From Flaccisagitta enflata (Eukaryota), in the NCBI GenBank assembly GCA_965153355.1, contig OZ231126.1, forward strand, positions 36,766,001 through 36,830,000: a stretch of 64,000 nucleotides of DNA. The letters run 5' to 3'. The notes below the pieces were generated by a model. It searched no databases, was not told the origin of the DNA, and was given only the letters and a program-made list of their open reading frames with translations. The translations under genes and the position numbers were made by a program. Numbering within the stretch: the first letter of the stretch is position 1; each line of letters begins with the position of its first letter. Below, in pieces: positions 1-16,824 of the stretch.

Positions 1-2129
<2,129 letters not shown>

Positions 2130-2213
2130 AAAACCATCTAGTTTCCAGTAGCACCAAAGGCATGTTTGAAGATAATGGAGCTTGGCAAAGATCATCACCT
2201 CTCTTCATCTCTT

Positions 2214-2250
<37 letters not shown>

Positions 2251-5200
2251 GTATGAGAATGGTGCGCATGAACGACCCGCCATTTTTTTTCTTTTTACTT
2301 TTTGCCACGGATAATGTTGAGTTGAATGTTTTTTCCCTCTTTTTTTCCCTGTCTGAACAAGTTATTCATACCTAGTTCAATAGTCAAAATACATAAACAG
2401 ATATCGTTCCAGTCGTTATTGATTACTAAAGGGCGTCACCGCGTCAGTTTTGTTTAAACCCAAAACACAATCTAACTTGTAGTTACTAACCACCTTGTGC
2501 CCATGTCATATGCTTTAAGCGTCCCCATGTAAAAATGCTATGACCATAGATCACTGCAATAAGCTTTTGCGTTATTGATTAAATCGCGTTTTTAACCGTT
2601 TTTGTCTTTCCATAAATGTTGAGTCACGCCACGCCTCCAGTTGGTTGGTTGCTGCAGCTCTTTTGCTTTTCTTCACCTCGCTAAAGAGGAAGATAAGATT
2701 TCTCCCATTTCCATTTCCTTTGTTTTTTGCTTCCATTTCATCATCGAGAGTTTGAATGTGGAATTCATTGTGAATCATAAAGATAAAGTTGGTTCCCTTT
2801 ATTTCCATTCAAGACTGAAGCCGGCCATCGCATGCTTTTGGAGCAGCGGCTCCAAAAGTCGATGCCAGTGTTTCCTCAATCCTGATTCTTTTATTTTTCA
2901 TCTTTCAGCTATCAATTTTCCTAGTCTTTAGTTGCGGTCTTGCGGACACGCTGTTGTTCGGTTGGTTGATAGGTCGGTTGGTCCATCACAAAGTCATTTT
3001 ATGAGGTTTTCCGCTCCTGCTCACCTGTCATGTCAGCGGCAATGGTAACAGAGTATTCGGCCCTTGTTCTGTTTTGCTTTTTTTTCTTTCAGGAGGCCCG
3101 TAAGACACTTTCCATTCCATTAGTTTATTCTCTCTTGATTTTCAGATGATAGGCACACATGAGATAAAATGGATCTGACAAGATGATGCAAAAGTATCCA
3201 CAAATGTCAAGACGGGTATCGCTGGCTAGTCAAACGCCCTTTCTTCCCATACGACCATTTCGTCCTTCGCTCCTGAAAGAGTCCGGCCATTTCTGGGGAA
3301 TTCCTTTTCCTTCCTTTCTCTTCTTTAAGGATTCTCATTCTTCCTCCTTTGTCTTTTCTCATTTCCGCTCTCTTCTTCAGACTGTCTTTTTCTGACATTT
3401 TCTCTCTCTTTTTCTTCCTGTGTCTGTCTCCTTCTGTCTCCAGCAGTCTTTGGCCGTCTGACTAAAAATCTATCTTTTAGCTTATCTGTCCATCGGAAAA
3501 CTATTTTTTGATCTATGTATTTTTTTTTCTTTTCTCCTCTTTTCTTTTCTTCCTTTCTGTATCTAATCTGGTCGTTCTTTTCGATCATCTTCGTTGGTCT
3601 GTAATTAGGTCAGCAGCGCAAAATTTCCCTTTCATTTTTTCTTAACATCTTTATCTCGATATATACTCTATCTATTGAACATTTCCTGGCCTTTTCCATT
3701 TACCTGTCTGCCTACCCATCGTTCTGTCTCTTTCCTGGTCTTCTCATCTCCCTCTTTATCTTCGCTTTGTGAGACCCAAGACGAGCTTTCAATTTCTTTG
3801 TCTTAACATTCGGTTTTTCCTCCCATGTTCACCCATTTCTTTTCAATGAGTGTGGCTAAAAGATAGTATGGTTTTGTCTTAAGGCTTCTCTCCTAAACTC
3901 CTAATCTTTGCGTTGTGGAATGCGGTACATTGTGGTCTGATTTCCAACTAGGTCATGTTAACCATGGAATGACCGCCGGACAAGCGGAATTAGCTATAAG
4001 CCCCACTGAGATGAATTTTATTAATGCGCTCGGGATGATATTTCATGAAACATAAGACGTAGAGAAATGGATATTACAGACTGCTCTGTTTGTCTACCAA
4101 ACATAAGGAAATCGATTTGCGGTGATTTCCTACGGGGCCTTCTTTAATCTGTGTTCTTTTCCAAAAAGGCAAAAAAAAAAATCATGACATACTATCTAGG
4201 AAATAGAAATCTTCCCACCTATGAATTCATGTCATTTATCTACATGATCACGTATATCTGTTGATTGCAAATGGATCAATGATAGATGTAGGCTCCCCCT
4301 GACTCAATTATCACCGCCAATGGCCGGTTCAGCAATTTGTAAAGTATCAGGAGGTACTTTGGAGTGATGGCTTCCAGCCTTTTTCCATGAAACAAATTTT
4401 TTCCTCCTTTTTATCTTTGAGTGATCATAACTTTTAAACGGCTGGACTGAATTTGTTGCGCAAAAAAGGAAAAAGATGCCCCTTGAAAAACTCTTCATTT
4501 TGGCCACCAATTTTTTGTCAATTGATCAAAAAACAACGGAGATATTTAACTTTGAATGGATAAGACTTACTGTAAAAAATTCAAATTAAGAAATCTTCAA
4601 ATGGAATGATTTCATTCAAATTAAGATAACTTCTAAACCCAATGAGATAGCAGGATGCGGTTTGCGTAGATGGCTTGCAAATTCGAAGAGCTTCATTTTA
4701 GTCACCAATTTTTTCTTAGTCAGATGATTTTCACAAGAGTTATAGACTGAAACGTGCGGGAAGATTTCTATTTCCTAGATAGTATGTCAGGAATAACGAA
4801 AACAAGAAAAAAACATATTTGTCCTTCAGATGATATTTTCAAAGAAAACATGGGAAATAGAAATGAAAAAGAATCTCTTTTTGCCGTTGAAGTTAATACG
4901 TATGATATTCGAATATATTTTCTGTTCTCTTTCAACAGTTACCGAATATCGTTCTTTCGAATCTGTGCCCTTAACAGAAAATATCATCATTTATTACGAA
5001 AGCTATCATGGCTGGGAGGAATGGAATTTCCCTGCCTTTACCGTTGCCCTAGCCAAGTTTTCCTCGTTTCCCCCGATTTTGCCTACCCTAGGCTCGTTAG
5101 TGGCGTTGATGTTGTTTGGAACAACGGCCATAACGGGAATATCGCATGATGCTTAAGTGGATGAACATCCGCTTTTTTGCGTCTTCTAACGTCTTTGAGC

Positions 5201-5255
5201 AGCTTCTTGGTGGAGGGAAAGAAGAAGGAGAGGAAGAAGAAGAAGAAGAAGAAGA

Positions 5256-6880
5256 AGTAGAGTAGAGTAGAGTAGAGAGTTAGCGCCCCTAGACAGACCG
5301 TACAGGTCCGATGGCGGGGGCCTCGTTGCTTGTTTGAGGTTGCGCGAAGGTGATTTTTGCGTTTCCACTTTTCCGTCTCACTTTCGATTCATCTGTCCTC
5401 GCGCGTTCGGGTTTGGTTTTCAGACCATTCGTCATACGCATTCTTGAACGCATTCACGCTGTCTTTTTCTTTTACCCATTCTGGGATTTTGTTCCATTCT
5501 TTAGCTACTCTTAAGCGGTACGAGTTCTTTCTTGATTCAAGCCTCGCCGATTCGCTCTTCATCACATATTGCCGTCTCCTCTCTCCTTTGTCCGTCACCA
5601 TAGTGTTGCTCCTGGTTGGCCTTGCATTTTCTGCTTCAAACGTGAACCATTTGTCCGTCTGAACTCTGCTGAATCCTTTTATCACTTTGAATGCCTGAAT
5701 AGCATCTCCTCTCTCCCTTCTTTTTTCAAGCGTTGTTAGACCCACGTCTTTTAACTTCTCCTCGTAGTTAGCCCCCTTTACGTCAGAGATCATTCGCACA
5801 AGTCGCTCTTGTACTTTCTCTAGCTGTTTTTTGTCCTTTTCCAACCATGGACTCCACGCCGAGGACGCATTTTCCAGCTTCGGTCTCACAAATGTCTTGT
5901 ATAGCGGCACCAGGTGATCTTTTTTTCTGTAGTGAAAGGCCCGTTGTATTTGCCCCAATGCAAAGTTGGCGGATTTTGCTGCGGTGGCGCATTGCTTCCC
6001 TGGTTTCATATTTGATTCCACGAAAATGCCGAGGTCCTTTTCATCCTTTTCCTCCTTCAGCGCCTTTCCATCCATATAATACTCCTTCCTTGGATTATTA
6101 TGGTCAACGTGTATTATCTTACACTTTTCAACGTTGAATGACATTTTCCATTTGTCCGCCCACTCCACCAAGTTGTCAATTATCTTTTGCATTTTTTCGC
6201 AGTCTTCCTCTGTCTCGATCGTCGTCGCTACTTTGGTATCGTCGGCAAACATTCGTATCAGGGCATCCAAAACTACTCTTCTGATATCGTCGATGAAGAT
6301 ATCAAAGAGTGTTCCTCCTAGCACAGACCCTTGCACAACACTACTTAGCACTTCCACCCAGTCAGAGAACTTGTCGTCCACTCTGACCCTTTGCCGTCTT
6401 CCCATCAACCAGTTTTTTAGCCATGCAAGAATTTTTCCTCCTATACCAATGTTCTCCAATTTTTTTATCAGTCTCCTGTGACAGACTTTGTCGAAGGCCT
6501 TTGAAAAGTCAAGGTAGACTATATCAAAGGCTTTGCCTTCATCCATCCATTTTGTTGTGACATCCAGAAATTCTATCAGGTTTGTCTGGGTAGACCTGCC
6601 TGCTCGGAATCCATGCTGTTCATCAGACAGATGGCCATTTTTTTCCACGTATTCCATCAAAGCGTTTTTTACTAGCCGCTCCATCAATTTTCCAGCAATA
6701 ACCGTCAAACTAACCGGTCGGTAGTTTGCAGGATCCGCCTTACTTCCTTTTTTGAAGATTGGTGTCACTTCCGCGTCTCGCCAGTCATCCGGAATTACTC
6801 CATCGTCCATCGATTGCCGAAATAGTATAGCTAAAGGAATCTTAATTTCTTCCTTAAGCTCCTTTAGCACTCTTGCTGGG
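5256..6880 (-). mobile_element. 5'-truncated CR1-clade non-LTR retrotransposon (LINE)
   Basis: RT frame, ~110 bp 3'UTR and a (CTACT)4 tandem tail (AGTAG x4 at 5256-5275 on +); flanked on both sides by (AAG)n. Confidence 0.9.
5389..6880 (-). CDS. Reverse transcriptase ORF2 fragment of the CR1-like LINE (~497 aa, uninterrupted)
   Basis: Motifs PDDWRDAEVTPIFKKG, NYRPVSLT, QHGFR, YLDFSKAFDKV, QGSVLG, FADDTK, EKDLG; the poly-Phe N-terminus in the ORF track is microsatellite, not element. Confidence 0.92.
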
Positions 6881-7876
6881 TAGTAGAAGAAGAAGAAGAA
6901 AAAGAAAAAGAAAAAGAAAAAGAAAAAGAAAAAGAAAAAGAAAAAGAAAAAGTAGAAGAAAAAGAAAAAGAAAAAGAAAAAGAAAAAGAAAAAGAAAAAG
7001 AAAAAGAAAAAGAAAAAGAAAAAGAAGAAGAAGTAGAAGAAAAAGACTAAGAAAAAGAAAAAGAAAAAGAAAAAGAAAAAGAAGAAGACGTAGGAAATAA
7101 AAGCTAGCAAAAGGGGGAATCGGATATTCACGCCTTAGATTACGCGAACGTGTGAAGTCGTAAATTGTGCACGCAATACACACTGGTATAAATGAAAGAA
7201 TGGCACATGCCGAAAGAATGGTACATGTCCATCGTTAGCCTCATCAGCGCATTGACGCACGCAAGTAGGTGCACATGTGAGTATGTGAGCTTGAGTGTCC
7301 ATGATATGTGCGTAGGTGAACGTAGCCTACTTTTATTCTTTCCTGTTTAGCCTGTTTGCGATTAAATGTCTGTCAGGTTCCGCCTATCGGCCATTTTGTG
7401 CCAGCCCCAAGTAGCCATCTACAAATACAACATTCTGTCTGAATAGAAATGGATTCGGGGGGGGGGAGTCCAACTGGTTAGATCGTCCTTTTAACTTATG
7501 ATATATGAAAATTTATTCCAGATATCGACGCGATACAATCAAGCATTTTCCCAATCCTGTCTAAGCTACAAAAGTTCTTGTCTATCATTTCTTGTTTGTA
7601 CAAACATTTTGCTTTTCTTCTTCTTCTTCTTCTTCTTCTTCTTCTTCTTCTTCTTCTTCTTCTTCTTCTTCTTCTTCTTCTTCTTCTTCTTCTTCTTCTT
7701 CTCCGTCTTCTTCTTCTTCTTCTTCTTCTTCTTTTTCTTCTTCTTCTTCCTTTTCTTTCTAGTCTTCTTCGTCCTCTTCTTTCCTCTAATCTTCTACTTT
7801 TACCTCTACCCATTTTTGTTTCCCAATTTTATACGACCCACCCTCTCTTCTCTCAACTTTTCCCTTTCTCTTTTTG

Positions 7877-7964
<88 letters not shown>

Positions 7965-8332
7965 ATTGGCAATTCGCTTTTTTTTTTCTGGTCCGTTGTT
8001 GCGCCTCATTGCGCTCAATCTGCTTTTCAAGTCACAGTCACGCAAATTAATCTCTCGTTATATATTAGAGGCTTTAGGACCGGTTTGCTTTTGATATCCC
8101 TTCTAGTTCCGACCTCCGCCACCATTCTGTATCGCGTGCTGCGGCTTCAAAGCCACACTCTTAAGTCGTCAGAATGAGAAGATCTTTTTTCTTTATATCA
8201 GCGGGTGAAGGCAAAGGGGAGAATAATGATTTTTGTAAAGGAAATGAAAAGGATTACTGCGTATACTTAGAGCTCCCTCACTCCCAGATATTGACACCAT
8301 TCGAGTAAAATACTGAGAAAAACAGCAGCAGC

Positions 8333-8411
<79 letters not shown>

Positions 8412-8413
8412 GC

Positions 8414-8459
<46 letters not shown>

Positions 8460-8786
8460 TTGACGTATCAAAGAAATTTTATGATTTGTGATGACATGGA
8501 TTAACCTGCAGATAAGTCAACTGAGTCTTTCTGACTGTGTGAAAGTGCAAAGAAATGACAAAGTAATCATATCATCTTTGTTTCTTTAAGAAAGACTGGT
8601 TGTAGGTCATTACGTCTTTTTGTCATCAAAGATCAGTGCATCATCCTACCTTATCACAGGTCGTTGTGTCTCTTTTTTGTTGTTTTACTCATTTTGCCCC
8701 AGTTTTACCTTCGGGTTATCATTTTTTGGCGGCTATCGAAGAATCTCTCACGCTGATTTTTTGGCCCAGAACGACCAAATTTTCAA

Positions 8787-8868
8787 ATGCCATTCTCCGA
8801 TACTCGACCTTTTTTTTTGCCTCCTCGTCTCTCCTTTGGTTGTTGTTTTATCTATTCTTTGCCTGTAG
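8787..8868 (+). CDS. Candidate first coding exon (MPFSDTRPFFLPPRLSFGCCFIYSLPV)
   Basis: ATG at 8787 is open to G|GTATTT at 8868/8869, giving phase 1, which matches the TM exon. The donor is weak and there is no homology support. Confidence 0.2.
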
Positions 8869-8941
8869 GTATTTTTGGAAACAAATGCCAATAACTTATA
8901 AATATTTTTTTTGTCATCTCAACCCTCACTCCATCCCCATG

Positions 8942-9013
<72 letters not shown>

Positions 9014-9017
9014 TCTC

Positions 9018-9119
<102 letters not shown>

Positions 9120-9133
9120 CCAACCACTAACAG

Positions 9134-9277
9134 GGGCGGTGACAGCGACGTCGACGCCGTCTACTTCGACTCCTCCTCACGCTCTTCTTCTTCCTGTGAT
9201 TATTGTTTCCCTCGTCGCCCTGTTAGCCTTCGGTATTTTGTGCCTTCTCTACAAACGACGTTGGAAGTCTTCCAAAG
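9134..9277 (+). CDS. Exon: S/T/P stalk + transmembrane helix + basic juxtamembrane ([48 protein letters not shown])
   Basis: (CT)n tract then CTAACAG acceptor; AAG|GTAGGA donor; phase 1-1; ~23-residue hydrophobic stretch followed by KRRWK. Confidence 0.8.
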
Positions 9278-9341
9278 GTAGGAAAAATGGGACAGTCTGC
9301 CATTTTTTAGATATCCAGAGACGTGTGTTAGTGTGTGTGTG

Positions 9342-9508
<167 letters not shown>

Positions 9509-9538
9509 CATTAGGGCTACAAGCCGATGATTTCTATC

Positions 9539-9628
<90 letters not shown>

Positions 9629-9815
9629 TACATCAACAACAATTACATCAACAATATTGCAGTATCAATGTCAATTCATTTCATGACCACAGAGTTCATA
9701 TCCATCATTTAGTAACGCTTGCAAAACACAAAGCGACGACGACGCTCTTTTTTACTGCCTGTATGTTTAAGGGAGCGTACGCTAATTGATTTTGACTTCT
9801 GATTATACATCTTCA

Positions 9816-10032
9816 CTTTTAGTTGCGGACACGCAACTCTATAAGAGGCTTTGTCCGTCCGTCGGTCCGTCGGTCCGTCGGTCCGTCGGTCCGTGGACAC
9901 GAGTCGAAAAGTGAGGAAATGAGCGTTTTAGATGCTTTTTGTGCAGGTGAGTGGGGGACTTGTGGTGTGGATTGAGGTTGGATGCCCCTGCCCACCTGTC
10001 CGCAACTGATGGCCGTGTATCCGGCCTTGTTT
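9816..10032 (+). mobile_element. Helentron/DINE-1-like element, family B
   Basis: TTTTAGTTGCGGACACGCAACTCTATAAG 5' hairpin, (GTCC/GTCG)n, GTCCGCAAC inverted copy, GGCCGTGTATCCGGCCTTGTT end; relatives at ~2925-3070, 24011-24155, 33587-33852 and 38655-38812. Confidence 0.65.
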
Positions 10033-10328
10033 TTTTATGTCGCCTGATTCTTTTTTTAAATTATAGTGTCATGGACCGGTTGTAATTTTTTTTTCTTTTT
10101 TTTTTTTTCTTTTTGAAACTCGGTATTACACAAAGTCTGAATTGTTTATTGTCATTCGTGCGTGATCCGGCGTGTCTCCTCTGGTTGTTTGATATAGGAT
10201 CAAAACAGAGAATTCTGAATAAAGGCCTTCCGACTTGATTTGAATCGAGAGTGAGGTAAAATTGGAGCATTAGAAGTCTGATGATCTGGTTACCTTGTCA
10301 TATATAGAAGGGTCGATACGACCTAGAT

Positions 10329-10382
<54 letters not shown>

Positions 10383-12212
10383 GTTTAACTTATAACGAAA
10401 CAACAACAAGCAGGTGTTACTGATACACTTAACCTTTTATTTCGATATTTTGTTTTGAAGAATACAAAAGGTTCTCTGTTGATTTTCATACAGATGTCAA
10501 CTAAAAACAAGGCCGGATACACGACTACCCGAGTCGTGTGCGGGTGGGTTGGCGTAATGAAAAAGACTACAAAGGCATCTAGGCAGGGGCAGTACACGCG
10601 ATTTATAAGCTCAGAATAGCTTTTAATTCGATACAGCGTTATTTAAAATGAACGTGATGCTGCTTCTACTTTACTATAAAATTGGGTTTTGACATGATAT
10701 GATTTGAAATGCAATAAGTTAAACACAATATTTCTAGATTATACTTTTGATTGCATTGAAGTGATGGCACAAGAATGATTCTACCCGAAAACCCATATAA
10801 ACATTTGCAGCGAAAAAAGTTTTCATCAAAAATCCTTTCCCTTTTTGTTCTCATTCCTTATTGATGAGGCTCAAGGCCAAGATCTTCCGCTTGTATAACT
10901 TTTACTGCCATGTTCTGCCTTTTCATCTAAGCGAAAATAAGATTATAGAATGTAAAAATATATAAAAAAAAATTATAGGAATCGCCATATAGAATAAAGG
11001 AGCTGGCCTTTTCTCGGTTTCCTTCGGCGGTGATTTTTTTATTACTTTTATCTTAACGATTATTTTCGTCCATGTCTGTCTTTCTCTCTGTCTAACTATC
11101 TATCTTTCAATATTCTATCTCACACCCCCTTCCCACCCCCAACCCCCCATCTCCTCGCCAATGCACAGTGGCAGCGGTCTGGGGGCGCGTGGATTGAAAA
11201 GTCAATTTTCTCAATATTAAGGAGTAAAGATTGCATCTGAAAGGCAAATGTTGTTGATAGATTTGAATAGCCGAGAGTCGAAGAAGAAAATGATGGAGAA
11301 AAGAGGAAATAGCAAAATATTTGGAGAAAGAGAAAAAAAGAGAGAGAGAGAGAGTTATAAAGAGAGAGAGTCATGAAGAGAAAAGCGAAAAGAAAAGGAG
11401 GAAATTCGAGGACAAAAAAAAAAACTCGAAATAGAAAAAAAAAAGACGAGGAAGAACAGTTAAAGGAGGAGGAAGTGGTGGAAAAAGGAAAGGAGGCTAA
11501 GAGGCTAAGAGTCGTTGAAAAGAAGAGAAGGATTGAATGAATGATAAGAGGTAGTGATGAAAACCTCCATTTAAAGGGTTTTTTTTATTTGATGTATAAT
11601 ATGTCGCTGATGACTAATACGTCACAGTATAGCTACCATTTGGTTACGTTTGGTCTACGCCTTATTCTTATTTCAGTCCGGAAATCTTCATCGGATCTTC
11701 GTATATCCGTACAAGACCTTTCTCAAGATTCAGGTCTCACTCCCCAAATATTCTTCATTATTGCTTTTGTCCAAATTAAGATGCGCAATTAAATGGGCAT
11801 GATTCGTGAAAATGAATCCAGATAAAAAGTCTCTCTTTTGGGAAATACCACGATTCCAAAATACTGATACCTGCGAGTTTATAACTATCAAAATTGCAAA
11901 AGTATTGACAAGAATAATGCTCTTTTTAGTTTTCATTGAAATTTGCATGGTGTTGATGGTGATGGATAAGAATGAAATTGGCGGACGTTTCGTTTATAAA
12001 GAATGACTTTCTAGGTCTTGATAAAGATGGTGAAATAAAGGTCTACAAAGAAAATGAATTAATGATGTACACAGACCTGTACATCTTGCTTTCCTTCCGA
12101 GTAGCAGATATTTTTCCTGAAAATCTTCCGACTAGTCAACCTATGCTTTCATATGCCTTTTCATATCTAACTATGAATGTTTCACAATGTTACTACTCAA
12201 CAATATCTGAAA

Positions 12213-13074
12213 TAAGGACAAGAGCCTTTGGAGCTCTAACAGGTGTTTCATCCGGACCCATCACAACTTTCCTAGGGGACAAGCTACAACTTTAAAATTA
12301 TAAGGCTGGATTCGAATCTCTGTTTGAAAAAAAACTCGCCCCCTGAAGTGTCTAGACTCACGACAGGCGTAAATCACCACCGATGTAGATGTTCTTGGTT
12401 TTGTTTGACAGAGATTCGATTTCTTACGCGGCATTCTCTCAGTGAGCCAAAATGTTTTAACTTCTAAGGGGGCCCTAAGGGCCCCCAAAAAACCTCTAGA
12501 GAAAATTTTTTTTGAAACAGATTGGAAATGACCTAATTTGCCTAGATCCAAAATCTTGAAATTTGACTTTAAAAAAAAAAAACTTTGAAATTTTTTTGTC
12601 GCGACTTGGGGCCTTATGAAAAAAAATAAAAAAAATTTTTTTTGGAAAATGGTCTTCAAAAGTAGGGTGCAATTAATACCCTGAAAAATATTTTTTTTTT
12701 CAAAAATCCTCGAAAATTTTAGAGTATTTTTACTTAGGGCCTCTAAAAATTTTTACAAAATATTTTTTTCAAAAATTGTCTTTAAAAGTGGGGTGCAATC
12801 GATAGGAAATGACTTAATTTGCCTAGATCCAATACCCTGGAAAATACTTTTTTTTTAAAAATTTGAAATTTGTATTGGGGGCAAGTTCCGTGAGAGAATG
12901 GAGAAAAACACTGTCGGTTTTTCTTTTTTCTTGTCATATATAAAAACAGCTGTAATTTCTAAAATATTGATGCTATTGCCTTGAAATTTTAAATACACGC
13001 TTATGTCATGCTTCTAGACGTTTGAGCCAAAAATCATGGTCAAAAGTTATGCAACATTTAGATAATTGTCCTTA
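12213..13074. mobile_element. Degenerate MITE/foldback-like element
   Basis: Ends TAAGGACAA / TTGTCCTTA; internal inverted matches (GTCTAGA..CA.GACA..GCGT vs ACGCTTATGTCATGCTTCTAGAC; ATTCTCTCA vs TGAGAGAAT). Confidence 0.5.
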
Positions 13075-13178
13075 ATCTCTGTCTTTACATGAGATATGCA
13101 GACCACAAGAAAACACTTGATAAATTGATCGATAGAAAGAAACTCTTTTCTTCCTGAAACAACCCCCTCAAAAAATGT

Positions 13179-13287
<109 letters not shown>

Positions 13288-13692
13288 ATTTCATTTTCTT
13301 GGTTTTTTTTTTGCTTTCGCTTTTTTCGCCTTTGGCTTTTCTTTCTTCTTTACCTCCCTCCTTCCTTCCTTCCTTCCTTCCTTCCTTCCTTCCTTCCTTC
13401 CTTCCTTCCTTCTTTCCTCCCTTCCTTCCTCCCTTCTTTCCTTCCTTCCTGCTTCCCTTCCATCCAAACCTTCCGAGTATCATTCAGCCCTTCCGAGTAG
13501 CGGCGCTACTCGCTACTACAAGATGTACAGGTCTGGATGTACAGTATTTTATCGTTTGATCTGTCTCTGGCTCTCAGACAAGGGGTATTTTTGTCAGAAT
13601 GTCACTTTTCTTGGCGTGAGACAAGAGTGCATGATATCATAGCTGTACTTATTTTCCTGATCTGTTATGATATTTCCCCCCTTTTTTTGCAG

Positions 13693-13841
13693 TTCCCAAA
13701 TCTCCCTCAAACGTCCACGTCTCGTCGTCCTCCATCAACACCCTGACAGTGCAATGGGCGCCGCCATATTCGCCTGATGTCGAAAACAGATTTATTTATT
13801 CCTACGAAGTTACTTATTATCCAGTCGGCATGACCTATAAG
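13693..13841 (+). CDS. Exon: FN3-1 N-half (VPKSPSNVHVSSSSINTLTVQWAPPYSPDVENRFIYSYEVTYYPVGMTYK)
   Basis: TTTTTTTGCAG acceptor, AAG|GTAATA donor, phase 1-0; FN3 W-x-P-P and Y-x-V-x-Y motifs; not in the ORF track. Confidence 0.88.
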
Positions 13842-15328
13842 GTAATAACAGATACTTAAGCATGTGCCGATATACAACTAACACAAACTTGGAATTGAAA
13901 TAACCTTTACCGTCACTTTTATAACGGCCAACCATGTGCATGAATGTCGTCGTATTTCGTGTGTACTTCCGTGTATGAAGCTGGTAGACTTAGGGCGGGG
14001 GAAATAGACGACCGGAAAACCGAACAATATATGATGCAAAAAATAAAAACCCGAGAAATAAAAACTGGAACCAAATGGAAATGCTGTCAACGTTTCAAAC
14101 CGCTTACTGAAATCTACCAGAGTCAACCCAACGCATGACCTATGCTCTATGTAGATCTGAAATTTTGCACAATTCGAAATTTGGGTTGCGTAACAACGTT
14201 TTTTTATTTGTCATTGGCAACGATTATCTGTCAATATGTCTGCCTGTTTTTTCGGTCCGTTATTCGATTTGTTGATCTGAAACATTATTTGAATGACTCA
14301 GGCTAAATTGGCCTCCTTTTTTTTACTTAAATGAATTTTGGGAATGTTGTGAAATCAACGCGCCGTAAATCTGTGATTCATGTTGGTTTTGGATTGTGTA
14401 AAATTTCAGACCTCCCCGGTCTCGATGTTGTGCTACTGCATTATTTATCATTGTCGTTTCATTTGATAAAATGAAATAAAAGGGCCTCAATGAGGACTTG
14501 TCATTCTAACTAAATTGGTTGAAAAGCGAGTGTTGTTCAATTAGGCGGAAATGTCTTTGTTTTAATTACGTACGATCGCTGACGACAAAAGCATTATATT
14601 ATACCTTATTAGTACCATCATGCCATTAAACATGCTGACACATGCAAAAGCATCAACTTTGAAAAAGAGATACAACAAATTGAGTTTTATACCTCAAATG
14701 AGCTGCATGAAAGATTTTTTTAAAAGATGTTCAAAATGAGACCAATCTGTAGTTATTGTAGAGGAACGAAAGATGGTTCATGTCGGTAAACAAGGGTCGG
14801 AACATTTTCGTCTTAGTTTCGCTGTTTGCAGAGGAATCCCCGCTCCTCATTAAGCGCGAGAATTTTTTTTTTTTAATCGCAAGAAAATACTTGATCCGGA
14901 AACTATTTGTTACCATTCCCGTAATCTTCAACAAACTAAGTTCAAGAGTGGATGATTGCGTTTGGCGCAATCGACATTTTGGGGAAGAAAACCGCATCGA
15001 ACGAACTGATACACTCTGGACAGCCATGAATTGGAGGAAGCGGAAGCTGACAATACTGTTTCTGCAACAATAAATTGTTATTTAAGTTACCGAAAGTAAT
15101 CCGAATCATCATCGCGTCAGCCCAATGGTCTGGGTCATCAGTTCGTCTGTTCATCTCGTTATGTGGACGCTTTAGATCGTCTAGACAAACTCGCTGTTAC
15201 GAATAGAGGGGAAGTCACAAAGAGACGATGAAAACTAAGCACCCCATGACTAACTTCTGAGAAAAGTAAGTCCGCGTCCACTGAAGAAAGAGATAGAAAT
15301 ATTAACAGAACAGAGAAAGAGAAAAGAT

Positions 15329-15373
<45 letters not shown>

Positions 15374-15728
15374 AAGAGACAGACACGGGCATGCAATTTT
15401 TACAATATCGTCGCTAGGTACCGTCATTGTTTGGAGAAAAAAAAGTAGCCGTGGGATGTGCGTCACATTTGATCGGAAGACTCTAGCAAACGAAGGCCAA
15501 GGAGAAAAGATGACAGGTAGGAGACTTGCTAAGCCGTTGAGGCGCGTGTATATAATATTACTATATATGCATGTATATATACGTGTACATATACGTGCTC
15601 ATGCACACTTGTGTGTGTTTTTGCTTGCTTGTGTGCGTGCTTTTGCGTGCATGCTTGTGTGTGCGCGCTTGTGTGTGTGCGTGCTTGTGTGTGTGTGCGT
15701 GTGAGCGTGTGTGAGTGAGAGAGAGACA

Positions 15729-15802
<74 letters not shown>

Positions 15803-16118
15803 AACAGGAAGAGTCAGAAAGAGACAATCATCGATAGTAAATTGCATGTTAGAAATGATATAATAAATTTTTGTTACACTAAAAAGACTACAACATCCAC
15901 TATTATATTAGGCACCGCGCGGTCATGGCGTTTATGAAGTTGGCAATGAAATACATCTGGGGAACAAATATTTGATCGACGATATTCGATCGGAAGATTC
16001 AAGCAGTAAATTGCAAAGAGAAACGCTGGAGAAGTAAAACATTTCTTACCCTGTTCAGGTGTATGTGCAAGCGTGCGTGTGTGTGCGCATGTGTGTGCGT
16101 GTGCGTGTACGTGTGCGT

Positions 16119-16161
<43 letters not shown>

Positions 16162-16198
16162 TTAGTGTTAATGGTGCGAGTATGGGTGAGGAAGAGAG

Positions 16199-16270
<72 letters not shown>

Positions 16271-16443
16271 CGAGAGAGCGAGAGAGAGAGAGCGAGAGAG
16301 AGCGAGAGAGCAAGAGAGAGAGCGAGCGAGAGAGCAAGAGAGCGAGAGAGCGAGCGAGAGAGTGAGAGAGACAAAGAGAGAGAGACAGAGAAAGAGAGAC
16401 AGAGAGAGAGAGAGAGAAAGAGAGACAGAGAGAGACAAACACG

Positions 16444-16528
<85 letters not shown>

Positions 16529-16674
16529 GAGATAAAGAATGATATAGATATATTGTTGTCATGGTGAATCTTCACTAGGTACCGCGCGATACTGTCAAAG
16601 CAACGACGTTGGCAAAAAGTAGGCGCAGGACGTTAGACTCAATCGGAAGATTGGAGCAGACAAAGCGCTGAAAG

Positions 16675-16797
16675 AACAAGGCCAAGAAGGCCAATAAGGT
16701 GCGACGTGTGGATCGTCGAACGAATGCGTTACAGACCAATAGACAGACCAACCAACGGACGCAGCCAGTTATAGAGGTGCTTTGTCGCACCTAAAAA
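16675..16797 (-). mobile_element. Helentron/DINE-1-like element, family A
   Basis: Near-identical to 1654-1780. Confidence 0.7.
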
Positions 16798-16824
16798 CAT
16801 GGCAAGTAGAAGACTTGCTATATA

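Noticed and set aside
4290-4760. MITE-like AT-rich internal sequence
   Set aside because: Could not identify paired termini or a TSD by eye
4939-5156. Possible terminal exon after CAACAG (VTEYRSFESV...hydrophobic end*)
   Set aside because: No domain signature and no partner exon identified; it ends in a stop, so it cannot join the FN3 gene
6881-7131. Poly-Phe N-terminus of the 580 aa ORF, resembling a signal/TM-fused reverse transcriptase
   Set aside because: It is the (AAG)n/(AAAAAG)n target microsatellite read in frame; RT homology starts only near PARVLKEL
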